From a virus (lineage: Duplodnaviria > Caudoviricetes): a stretch of 49,554 nucleotides of DNA. The stretch spans positions 1-49,554 of the IMG/VR virus record IMGVR_UViG_3300035002_000027, one strand, 5' to 3'. The notes under the pieces are model-generated. The model was given only the letters and a program-made list of their open reading frames with translations, was not told where the DNA came from and ran no database searches. The stretch's first letter is position 1; each line of letters begins with the position of its first letter. Shown here piece by piece: positions 1-7,689 of the stretch. Both the position numbers and the translations under genes were made by a program.

Positions 1-324
1 ATGGACGAGCGAAAATTCGTCCTGCATTTCGAGCTACTCAACGACACGCCGACCCAAGTCGAGGAGAAATTGAAACTGACCGTCGATGGCCGCGCTTGCA
101 AGACCGAAAAGCGCATCCGCATCCCCGGCAATCACACCTACACCAATATGAAGGCCCAGCAGGTGACGGCACCGGGCCGGGCGCTGGCTCAGGTGGAGGT
201 GCGCGAGAAACCCGCCGATTTGCTGTTCGACTGGAAGTTTGGGGACATCATCGGGCGGGAGGTGTTCGGAGACGGGTTTGAGGATTTGTCGATGTACGAC
301 CGTCAGGGACGGCCTAAGCAATAA
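1..324 (+). CDS. Hypothetical protein (107 aa)
   Basis: ATG-start ORF with phage-like codon usage, followed by an AT-richer intergenic gap; no recognised motif. Confidence 0.6.
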   Translation: MDERKFVLHFELLNDTPTQVEEKLKLTVDGRACKTEKRIRIPGNHTYTNMKAQQVTAPGRALAQVEVREKPADLLFDWKFGDIIGREVFGDGFEDLSMYDRQGRPKQ

Positions 325-391
325 TTTTAGTTTGTTGATGAAGTGTATTGTGACACCACGGGGGCGCTGCTGCTGTGGTGTTTTTATTTGG

Positions 392-399
392 TATGTTTG
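392..399 (+). promoter_or_regulatory. Candidate Bacteroidota sigma-A -7 promoter box upstream of terS
   Basis: TATGTTTG matches the TAnnTTTG consensus, about 50 nt before the ATG at 450. Confidence 0.4.
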
Positions 400-449
400 A
401 GGTGTGAGAATGAAGTGTGGGGGCGGCCCCCCGACAACCCACCGAGGCG

Positions 450-923
450 ATGAAAAAAGATGATGCCGTTCCCGAGCAAGGGAGCGGGAAACCCACCAAA
501 CGAGGGCGGGGTACCAAGTACCGCCCTGAAATGAAAGAACAGGCCCGAAACCTTGCTTTGTTGGGCCTAATTGACACCGAAATTGCGGCGGCGCTGGGCA
601 TCGGCGAAACCACCCTCAATGAGTGGAAAAAGCGCCATCCTGAATTTCGGGAGTCCCTAAACAGCGGCAAACTTCTGGCTGATGCCGAGGTAGCGGCGGC
701 GCTGTTTCAGCGGGCCGTTGGCTACTCGCACCCTGACACGCACTTCTCGGCTTACGAAGGGACTGTGACCGCCACGCCGACCACCAAGTATTATCCGCCC
801 GACACGAAGGCGGCCATGCACTGGCTGCACAACCGGCAGATGCGGCTGTGGAAACTCGGGGAGCGCGACGATGAGGGAGACACCGAGACGAGCGTCATCA
901 AACCCAAACCGCCCCAAACCTGA
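450..923 (+). CDS. terS: Terminase small subunit
   Basis: GRGTKYRPE, HTH segment (GLIDTEIAAALGIGETTLNEWKKRHPEF), SLFQRAVGY-like and PPDTKAAMHWLHNR motifs typical of TerS; stop overlaps the terL start. ATG 450 preferred over GTG 417. Confidence 0.9.
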   Translation: MKKDDAVPEQGSGKPTKRGRGTKYRPEMKEQARNLALLGLIDTEIAAALGIGETTLNEWKKRHPEFRESLNSGKLLADAEVAAALFQRAVGYSHPDTHFSAYEGTVTATPTTKYYPPDTKAAMHWLHNRQMRLWKLGERDDEGDTETSVIKPKPPQT

Positions 924-2305
924 TGGTACTCGACGTGAGCGACCTCGGGCTTTGGAACGAGGTATATCTGCCTTTGATGGACGCCGAGCGCGACGCGTTC
1001 GACATCAATACGCTGTGGGGCAGTGGCGGGTCGGGCAAATCGCAGTACATTTTCCGCCGCTGGATAACGAAGATGTTTGAGAAGCGGCGGCGGCGGTACT
1101 ACGTCATCAGGAAGGTAAACGCCACGCTGCGCACCTCGTCATACCAGGACTTGAAAGACTGCGTGTACGACTGGGGCGTTGAGAAGTATTTCAAATTCAC
1201 CGTGAACCCCTTGCGGATTCAGGGGCCGAACGGCAACGAGGTGGTTTTTCTGGGGTGCGACGACCCGGAAAAGCTCAAGTCGCTGGCAGCGGGCGACGAG
1301 GTGTTTTGTGAGGAGGTGACGGAACTCGACAAAACGGACTTCCTGCAAATCATGATCCGGGTGCGGGGTCAGGGCAAGGACGGAGACCGGAAAATCATCT
1401 GGGCGGCGTTCAACCCCGTGGACGAAGACCACTGGGTAAAAACGACACTGGTGGATCCGGCCGTTCACTGGAACACCACGACGACAGCGAATGCCAGTAC
1501 CGGCAACATCCGGGCGGTGCATACGACGTACCTCGACAACAAGTTCGTCGGCGATGCCTACGCCCAGAAAATGGAGTACATCCGGGCGCTGGACTTCAAT
1601 TATTACCGAATCTACGCCCTGGGTCAGTGGGGCATCACGCGGCCCGACGCGCCTTTTTTTCACAAGTTCGACGAGGAAGCCCACGTGTCGGCGCATTTTC
1701 AGAAATACAGCGAATGGCCCCGCTACAACCCCGACAAGGCCATTTACGTGTCGTTCGACTTCAACATCATCAACTCGGCCATCGTCAGCCAGAAGCATTG
1801 GGAGGCGGGGTATTTCCCTTATCTGCAAGAGTACCACGAGGCGGGCGGCTTCGACCTTGATGCGGTGGTGGACGAGATACTCGACACCTACACCGACAGC
1901 TACGTGATGGTGACGGGCGACCCGGCGGGCAACGCAGGCAGTGCCCTGACGAAGGACAACGCCAGCGGGTTCGACATCATCCGTTCACGGTTCGCGGCCA
2001 GGGGGCAGGGATGGCGGTGCAACATGGACAACGTGGCTTCGGCTTCGCTGGGCTACCGAACCTCGAAACTGATTTCCAACGCCGTGCTGCACCACGAGAA
2101 AGGGAACCTGTTTTTCCACCCTGAAATGAAGCGCACCATCAGCGACATGAAAAAGATGCGACAGGGGAAAGAAGGGGGCCTCGACAAAAAGCACTGCGAC
2201 GACCACGACTACGGCCATTTGGGTGACTGCGTGAGGTATGATACTGCCTTTCACATGGAAGACCATTTCAAGTCGTATGGCTATGACTTTCTGAAGGCTG
2301 GCTGA
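923..2305 (+). CDS. terL: Terminase large subunit (PBSX/terminase_3-like)
   Basis: Walker A GSGGSGKS, RKVNATLRTS, GCDDPEKLKS, Walker B FCEEVTE, FNP motif, TTYLDN, YRIYALGQWG, and C-terminal nuclease acidic motifs (SFDFN, HLGDCVRY). Confidence 0.95.
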   Translation: MVLDVSDLGLWNEVYLPLMDAERDAFDINTLWGSGGSGKSQYIFRRWITKMFEKRRRRYYVIRKVNATLRTSSYQDLKDCVYDWGVEKYFKFTVNPLRIQGPNGNEVVFLGCDDPEKLKSLAAGDEVFCEEVTELDKTDFLQIMIRVRGQGKDGDRKIIWAAFNPVDEDHWVKTTLVDPAVHWNTTTTANASTGNIRAVHTTYLDNKFVGDAYAQKMEYIRALDFNYYRIYALGQWGITRPDAPFFHKFDEEAHVSAHFQKYSEWPRYNPDKAIYVSFDFNIINSAIVSQKHWEAGYFPYLQEYHEAGGFDLDAVVDEILDTYTDSYVMVTGDPAGNAGSALTKDNASGFDIIRSRFAARGQGWRCNMDNVASASLGYRTSKLISNAVLHHEKGNLFFHPEMKRTISDMKKMRQGKEGGLDKKHCDDHDYGHLGDCVRYDTAFHMEDHFKSYGYDFLKAG

Positions 2306-2337
2306 ATACTTGAAAATTTCAACGAATTTTCGAGTAT
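2306..2337. promoter_or_regulatory. Palindromic operator-like site, copy 1 (ATACTTGAAAATT-TCAACG-AATTTTCGAGTAT)
   Basis: 13-6-13 inverted repeat with one mismatch; fills the whole terL-next gene gap. Related copies at 22960, 38710, 45048 and 47872. Confidence 0.7.
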
Positions 2338-3370
2338 GTTTGGGGCAACCTTCCCCACCCTCCTCACCGTGACCCCCTTCGACGAACTGGTGAAGCTGGC
2401 TTTGCCCACCACCGCCCGCGCCGGCGGGGTGCTTTACGTCAACGACCTGCCCGGCGTATCGAGCGAAATGGCCTCGGCCCTGACCGATTCGGACGCCGAC
2501 ACCCTGACCAAACTTTTCGACAAGGTGCGGCGGCGGGCGTGGGAGCGGCTGATGGTCGAAGCCCAGGACGCCCTCAGCGACCGGGCGACCTTCAAGCCCC
2601 TGGTGGCACCCGCCACGACCCCCCGCAAGCGCAACCCCCAAACCGTGATTGCCCCCGTGGACGCCTGGCGCGGCCAGCGGCTGCTGGTGCCCGCCTCGGC
2701 CCACACGGTGCTCAGGGTGAAGGCCATTTGGCTGTGCGTGTTTCTATCTGACCCGTCGGTTGCCGGGCCGCCGGTGACGGTGAAGGTAATGGATTTGGAG
2801 GAAGGCCGGGAGCGGGCCAGCTACAACCTCGGCCCGGTCACGCACGGCCTGAAACGCTACGACCTGCCCAGCGGGGCAACGGCGGAGTTTGACGCCTCGC
2901 GCTGGTTGAACCTGGCCTTTGTGACCGACCGGGCGGCGCTCTCGACGATGGTGGTGGACCCGGTACGGGCCTGTTCGTCGTCGGTACCGGTGAGCGGGAT
3001 TGAACTGCGCAAAAACCGACCCGCTACCGACGACGAAGCGCTGTACCAGGCCGAGCCGGGAGGCTATGGCCTGTGGGTGGAAGCGGAAGCGGAAACCTCG
3101 CTTTCGTCCATCCTGACCGAGCAGGCAAGGCGGCTCCAATCGGCCTTCTGGTATTTGACCGGGGCGGAACTGCTGACCGAAAAACTGGCCTCGCACCGGC
3201 TGAACGTGTGGACGACGACGAATCTGGAATTCACCCGCCAGACCCGCGACGACCTTGTGAACACCTACCGCAGCGTGGCGCGGAAGGCCCTCAAATCGCT
3301 GCCTCTGGATTCGCTGGGGTGGGAGGAGCCGGACGGCGTGATGGGGTACGAGGCGCAATCGAATGTGTAA
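2336..3370 (+). CDS. Putative virion structural / head-tail connector protein
   Basis: 344-aa ORF in the morphogenesis operon (LYVNDLPGVS N-terminus, helical C-terminus); call rests mainly on position. Confidence 0.55.
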   Translation: MFGATFPTLLTVTPFDELVKLALPTTARAGGVLYVNDLPGVSSEMASALTDSDADTLTKLFDKVRRRAWERLMVEAQDALSDRATFKPLVAPATTPRKRNPQTVIAPVDAWRGQRLLVPASAHTVLRVKAIWLCVFLSDPSVAGPPVTVKVMDLEEGRERASYNLGPVTHGLKRYDLPSGATAEFDASRWLNLAFVTDRAALSTMVVDPVRACSSSVPVSGIELRKNRPATDDEALYQAEPGGYGLWVEAEAETSLSSILTEQARRLQSAFWYLTGAELLTEKLASHRLNVWTTTNLEFTRQTRDDLVNTYRSVARKALKSLPLDSLGWEEPDGVMGYEAQSNV

Positions 3371-3381
3371 ACAACAGAAAA

Positions 3382-3774
3382 ATGACAAAGACCAGCAGCA
3401 AACAGCGGCTCGCAAACCTGATTCAAAGTTGCGAACAGTCCTTGAAAATTGCCCGTTCGCTCTACGACGACGACGACCTTAAGCAATGGGCGGTCGAGTA
3501 CTCGCTACGCTGTCAGGCGCAGATTAAGCAGGTAAAGCAGACCTTAAAACAGACCTTCGGCGTGGACTACGACGATGTTGGCTCAAAAAACGAAGTAATT
3601 AAGGTAGGCAGTAAGGTCAGGGTTCTGGCCGACCACATGGACGGCATGGAAGGCAGCACAGCAACAGTAACGGGCTACGCGGAACCAGCGATGTTATCGG
3701 ATATCACCATGACGGACGGCATGAAGATGAACGCTCACAAGTGGCTGATAAACAAAGAGGTAGAATTGATTTAA
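3382..3774 (+). CDS. Protein with a C-terminal DUF1541/YdhK-like domain (moron-like)
   Basis: GSKVRVLADHMDGMEGSTATV...HKWL resembles the YdhK/DUF1541 repeat (ADHMxGMxGAxATI...HKW); DNA is visibly AT-richer than the flanks. Start placed at ATG 3382. Confidence 0.7.
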   Translation: MTKTSSKQRLANLIQSCEQSLKIARSLYDDDDLKQWAVEYSLRCQAQIKQVKQTLKQTFGVDYDDVGSKNEVIKVGSKVRVLADHMDGMEGSTATVTGYAEPAMLSDITMTDGMKMNAHKWLINKEVELI

Positions 3775-3802
3775 TTTTTTTCACTTAAAAGTCAACAAAA
3801 CA

Positions 3803-3874
3803 ATGGCAAAAATGAAACCGGGCATGAAAATGCCCAAACCCACCAAGCCAAAGCCTAAAAAGCAGGCCAAATGA
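3803..3874 (+). CDS. Possible 23-aa Lys/Pro/Met-rich peptide (MAKMKPGMKMPKPTKPKPKKQAK)
   Basis: ATG after an A-rich leader; stop overlaps the next ATG (ATGA). Below the ORF-track cutoff, translated by hand. Confidence 0.4.
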   Translation: MAKMKPGMKMPKPTKPKPKKQAK

Positions 3875-3999
3875 TTCGCATCGAAACCGACATCGAACGT
3901 GTGATGCTGAAGTGCCGATTTTACCCGCGCTGGTGGGGCTACGTGGTGGTGATTGGCCATGAAAAAACATGGCGAGTGGGCCGCATCATCTACAACTAA
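3871..3999 (+). CDS. Possible 42-aa ORF whose N-terminus (MIRIETD) duplicates that of the next gene
   Basis: Translated by hand; shares CGCATCGAAACC with 4011-4022. Confidence 0.35.
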   Translation: MIRIETDIERVMLKCRFYPRWWGYVVVIGHEKTWRVGRIIYN

Positions 4000-4004
4000 G
4001 CAGC

Positions 4005-4466
4005 ATGGTACGCATCGAAACCAACCTCAACGAAGTGGCCCTGAGCCTGACGGAGTACCTGCTCGATGACGACGAGCGGAGCCGACGGGCGCTGATGATG
4101 GGCGTACACGACGCGGTGGGGTTGATTTCGATGCGCATTCAGCAGGACGGGCAGGACGCCGAGGGCGACGTGATGACGTCGGACAGCGCGAAAACCGAGG
4201 GCGCTTACTCGAAACCCTACGCCCGCAAGCGGAAAGCGGCCGGGCGGCAAATCGCCCAAGTGGACCTGACGATGACGGGCGATTTGATGCGGAATTTTCA
4301 GGTCATCGACGTGTCGAGCAAGGAGGCCACAGCGGGCTTTCTGGCCTCTAAGCAGGGCGACAAAGCCGAGTACCTCGAAGCCTACTATGGCCCGGTGTTC
4401 GGCCTGACGAAGGAGGAGGGGACGATGGTGGCCGATGTGGTGGTGGACGAACTTTTCCGGAACTGA
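4005..4466 (+). CDS. Neck / tail-completion protein (virion morphogenesis family)
   Basis: YSKPYARKRK, VDLTMTGDLMRN and FGLTKEE motifs typical of phage virion-morphogenesis proteins; ATG 4005. Confidence 0.7.
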   Translation: MVRIETNLNEVALSLTEYLLDDDERSRRALMMGVHDAVGLISMRIQQDGQDAEGDVMTSDSAKTEGAYSKPYARKRKAAGRQIAQVDLTMTGDLMRNFQVIDVSSKEATAGFLASKQGDKAEYLEAYYGPVFGLTKEEGTMVADVVVDELFRN

Positions 4467-4470
4467 CAGC

Positions 4471-5220
4471 ATGGCGACGACTTTGGAACGCATCAACGAA
4501 AAGCTGCTGGCGGCCTTCAAAGAGGGCACGGCGGAGGCCGTTGGGCTGACCAAGACCGTGGTTCGCGATGCTCAGCGGATAGTCACCTACGCCACCGACG
4601 ACGACCCCGTGAAGGCCTTCGGCGTGGACGACCGCTACGCCGTGCAGTGGTTTCACCTCAGCCGGGGCCGGACGCCCGAAAGCCGGGACGCCTTCGACCG
4701 GACGCGGTGGCGCTACCGGCTGAAGCTGGTGGTGGTGTGCCGCGACCGGATGGCGATGGAAACCATCATCAAGGTATTGGCCGGGTACTCGGAATTGTAT
4801 TTCGAGGGGGCGATGGATGACGACCGGGAGATTCTGACCCGGTTTTGGGCCTTGCCCGCCGACCGCGTGGACCCGGCCCTGTACGCCTTCACGGTGGATT
4901 ACTGGTTTCTTTCGGATCGCGAACTCGGGGAGGCCTGGACGGAATCGCAGTGTTTATGCGGGCAGCCGAGGCGGGGGTATGTGAACCCGCCCGCTCAGGC
5001 AGGGATGGTAGGGCAGTTGCCCCTACAAGTAACGTTCAACGGCCAGACGCAATTCAACATTTTCACCCAACCCACCGGGGCACATTGGCTGGTGGTGAAT
5101 GGCATTGACTACCGTCCGCCCGCCTACGGGCTGGGTACGGTGGGAAGCAACGAGCGGCTTATCTGGGACGGGCCTTTTGCGCTCGAAACCAGCGACGAAC
5201 TTTTCTTCGTGACAACTTAA
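4471..5220 (+). CDS. Putative tail terminator-like structural protein with a C-terminal beta-rich extension
   Basis: Follows the neck gene; C-terminal TFNGQTQF...LVVNGIDY...LETSDEL segment of the kind seen in tail-associated proteins. Confidence 0.5.
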   Translation: MATTLERINEKLLAAFKEGTAEAVGLTKTVVRDAQRIVTYATDDDPVKAFGVDDRYAVQWFHLSRGRTPESRDAFDRTRWRYRLKLVVVCRDRMAMETIIKVLAGYSELYFEGAMDDDREILTRFWALPADRVDPALYAFTVDYWFLSDRELGEAWTESQCLCGQPRRGYVNPPAQAGMVGQLPLQVTFNGQTQFNIFTQPTGAHWLVVNGIDYRPPAYGLGTVGSNERLIWDGPFALETSDELFFVTT

Positions 5221-5234
5221 CTCACTTTTCACTC

Positions 5235-6050
5235 ATGGCAGGACGTCCGGTAAAAGGAAAACAAATCGAGCTGGCCAGCATCACGCAAGGCCACCTCAAC
5301 CTCGCTACGCCCTCGTCAGCGGGCGATGCGGCGCGGAAAGACTACGTGGATTCGGCCATTTCCACGCTACAAACCAGCCTGACCAACTCCATCCTTTCGA
5401 AAGACTGGAAAGACTCGGTGCGGGTGGCTTCGACGGCCAACGTCACAGTGAGCAGCCCCGGAACGGCCATCGACGGGGTGACGCTCACTAATGGCGACCG
5501 GGTTCTCTTGAAAAACCAATCGACGGGCAGCGAAAACGGCATTTACGTCTTCAACGGCTCCGGCTCAGCAATGACGCGGGCGACGGATTTCAACTCCTCG
5601 ACCAACGTCACCACCGGCGCGGCTACTCTGGTCGAAGAAGGCTCAACCAACGCGGGCACGGCCTGGCGCTTGTCAACGACCGGGGCCATTACGGTGGGCA
5701 CGACGAGCCTTTCGTTCACGGCGTTTTCCACCATCACAGCCCCGGTCCCGACGACCTCCAACAAGGCGATGACGGCCTCGGTCACCAGCAGCGACTTTGA
5801 CGAGGCTTGTGCCACGGCCATCGCTTCGACGCCCGCGCAATCGTCGTTTGTGGCGGTGCTGGTCAACGGCATCCTGGCGGAACTCGGCAACGGCGTGAAA
5901 ACCAAAGACTGCTATTTCTCAGGCAACTCCGGCACCACCGCCCGCGCTCACAACGCGGTGGTGAGCGGGGACAAACTGTACTGGGTGGGCAGCGTGGCAG
6001 GCTACCAACTGGCCACCACCGACCGGATTGATTTCGTGTACGTCGTTTAA
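5235..6050 (+). CDS. Fibre-like virion protein
   Basis: DAARKDYVD and DWKDSVRVAST...IDGVTLTNGDRVLLKNQ...ENGIYV...RATD, a widespread phage tail-fibre domain; Ser/Thr/Gly-rich. Confidence 0.75.
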   Translation: MAGRPVKGKQIELASITQGHLNLATPSSAGDAARKDYVDSAISTLQTSLTNSILSKDWKDSVRVASTANVTVSSPGTAIDGVTLTNGDRVLLKNQSTGSENGIYVFNGSGSAMTRATDFNSSTNVTTGAATLVEEGSTNAGTAWRLSTTGAITVGTTSLSFTAFSTITAPVPTTSNKAMTASVTSSDFDEACATAIASTPAQSSFVAVLVNGILAELGNGVKTKDCYFSGNSGTTARAHNAVVSGDKLYWVGSVAGYQLATTDRIDFVYVV

Positions 6051-6062
6051 TTCCGCCTTGCG

Positions 6063-6530
6063 ATGGCTAAGATTCCCTCGAAACAGGTCGAAGCAACGGC
6101 CAGCAACGAATCCATCGACCTGCTCGGCTCGGACGTGTCGGAGAACGCAGGCACCGTCACGACGGTGTTTAGCTTCAGTGTATCGGCCAACGACGTGATT
6201 TCGATTCGTGCGCTGATGCGAACCCAATCGACGCTGGGCACGAGTGGCGGGCCGCAGTTTCAAATAAACATCCCCTCGGGGACGATGGATGCGCAGTACT
6301 CGGCCCCGGCCAACGCGACCGGGGCCGTGTCGGTGCTGATGAACACCAGCGGCACCAGCTACTCGTCGGCCAACTGGCCAGCGGCCAACGCGCACCACCT
6401 GTGCGAGATTTCGGGGCTGCTGTTGATTGGTGGCACGGGCGGCACGGTGACGATTCGGGTGCGGCGGGGAAGTTCGGGGACAGTGACGGTCCGGGCCAAT
6501 TCGGCGCTTATTCGTAAGAAACTCAACTGA
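6063..6530 (+). CDS. Small beta-rich virion protein (fibre-tip-like)
   Basis: S/T/G-rich with a beta-strand pattern; N-terminus MAKIPSKQV echoes MAGRPVKGKQI of the previous gene. Confidence 0.55.
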   Translation: MAKIPSKQVEATASNESIDLLGSDVSENAGTVTTVFSFSVSANDVISIRALMRTQSTLGTSGGPQFQINIPSGTMDAQYSAPANATGAVSVLMNTSGTSYSSANWPAANAHHLCEISGLLLIGGTGGTVTIRVRRGSSGTVTVRANSALIRKKLN

Positions 6531-6538
6531 CTTTAACC

Positions 6539-6925
6539 ATGACGCTGTTCAAAGTCACGCCGCGCACTTTCGTCGCCCCCAACGGGTCGCAGTACACCAT
6601 CGTGGGCATCCGGGGGCGGGTGCGGAGCCTGCCTATTTCGCTGAGTGCGTTCACGCCTACGATGGAATTCGAGTTCATCGACAGCGAAGGCACGGTGCGG
6701 AGCAGCGTCACGGGCGGACTGGGTGATTTTGCGGTTAAAATCGCCCAGGTGGTAGCCGCCCAGCAACCCCAACTCACGCCCGAGCAGGTGCAGACAGCCG
6801 CCCAGCAGCAGGCTGTGCAAGTGGTGGCGGGGCTGCTCAGCCCCGACCCGGCGACGGTGTACGCCACAGCGTCGGCTCTGGCCGGTGCTTACGAATACCA
6901 GATGTTATCTTTTTCAGAGCAATGA
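6539..6925 (+). CDS. Hypothetical protein in the tail operon
   Basis: 128-aa ORF tightly packed with its neighbours (ATGA overlap with 6922). Confidence 0.6.
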   Translation: MTLFKVTPRTFVAPNGSQYTIVGIRGRVRSLPISLSAFTPTMEFEFIDSEGTVRSSVTGGLGDFAVKIAQVVAAQQPQLTPEQVQTAAQQQAVQVVAGLLSPDPATVYATASALAGAYEYQMLSFSEQ

Positions 6926-7650
6926 CCCGAACCCGGCACCCCAATTTCGACAAAGTCACTGCCAAAGAACTGGCTTTTTCTGACCAGGGTGTGGACTACT
7001 ACCATTTCCCCGGCGGGATTCCGATGTACCAGGAGCGGTTCGTGATGATGGGGGAAACCCTGCGCAAACACGACCAGTACAAGGTGACCGACGGCATTTT
7101 GACCGAACACATTGCGATGCTGGAGGGGCTGGCGAGCGCCGAAAACATGACGGCCAAGAAGCTGCAAATGGAAGTGCTGTTTCTGGCCGACGTGCTCAAA
7201 AGCCGCCGGGAAAACAGCTTCTGGCCGATGTACCACTACCAACTGGCCAGCGTGTGGTATTTCGACGAGGGAGAAGACCCGTTCGGGTACAGCGAGGAGT
7301 ACGGAATGCAGAAAATCAGGCGGTGGCTGGAAAGCCCGAACCGGGCCGAGATTTTTTTTTTCATCTGCGGGTCGGAGTTGACCAGGTACATGCCCTCGCC
7401 GGACTTGTCGCCCAGTGCTTCGCTGAATTATACGAGCCTGACGGCCATTCGGGAGTACGTCCGCTCACAGATTCTTTTGAAGCGAGCCACGTCGAACGGC
7501 TTCGAGCCTGGTATTCTGAAAAGTATCGAATCGCAGATGGACGACTGGAAGTTGTGGAGCGGCTTGGACGCCTCAGCGTGGAAGCCTACCACGAATTCAA
7601 GCGCGAATGGTACGCCGAGCAGCGACGACGAGAACTGGTCGGATGAGTGA
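6922..7650 (+). CDS. Tail assembly chaperone-like protein, probably with a -1 frameshift product ending at 7646
   Basis: Lies immediately upstream of the tape measure gene; T10 run at 7352-7361; the -1 frame is open from 7254 to 7646. Confidence 0.65.
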   Translation: MTRTRHPNFDKVTAKELAFSDQGVDYYHFPGGIPMYQERFVMMGETLRKHDQYKVTDGILTEHIAMLEGLASAENMTAKKLQMEVLFLADVLKSRRENSFWPMYHYQLASVWYFDEGEDPFGYSEEYGMQKIRRWLESPNRAEIFFFICGSELTRYMPSPDLSPSASLNYTSLTAIREYVRSQILLKRATSNGFEPGILKSIESQMDDWKLWSGLDASAWKPTTNSSANGTPSSDDENWSDE

Positions 7651-7689
7651 GTAGGGTGGCAACGTGTAACTGAAACGAGGGGTTGAGCC

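Noticed and set aside
7-34. Sixth copy of the palindromic site (GAGCGAAAATT-CGTCCT-GCATTTCGAGC)
   Set aside because: Both arms are degenerate and it lies within coding sequence; needs a PWM score before counting.
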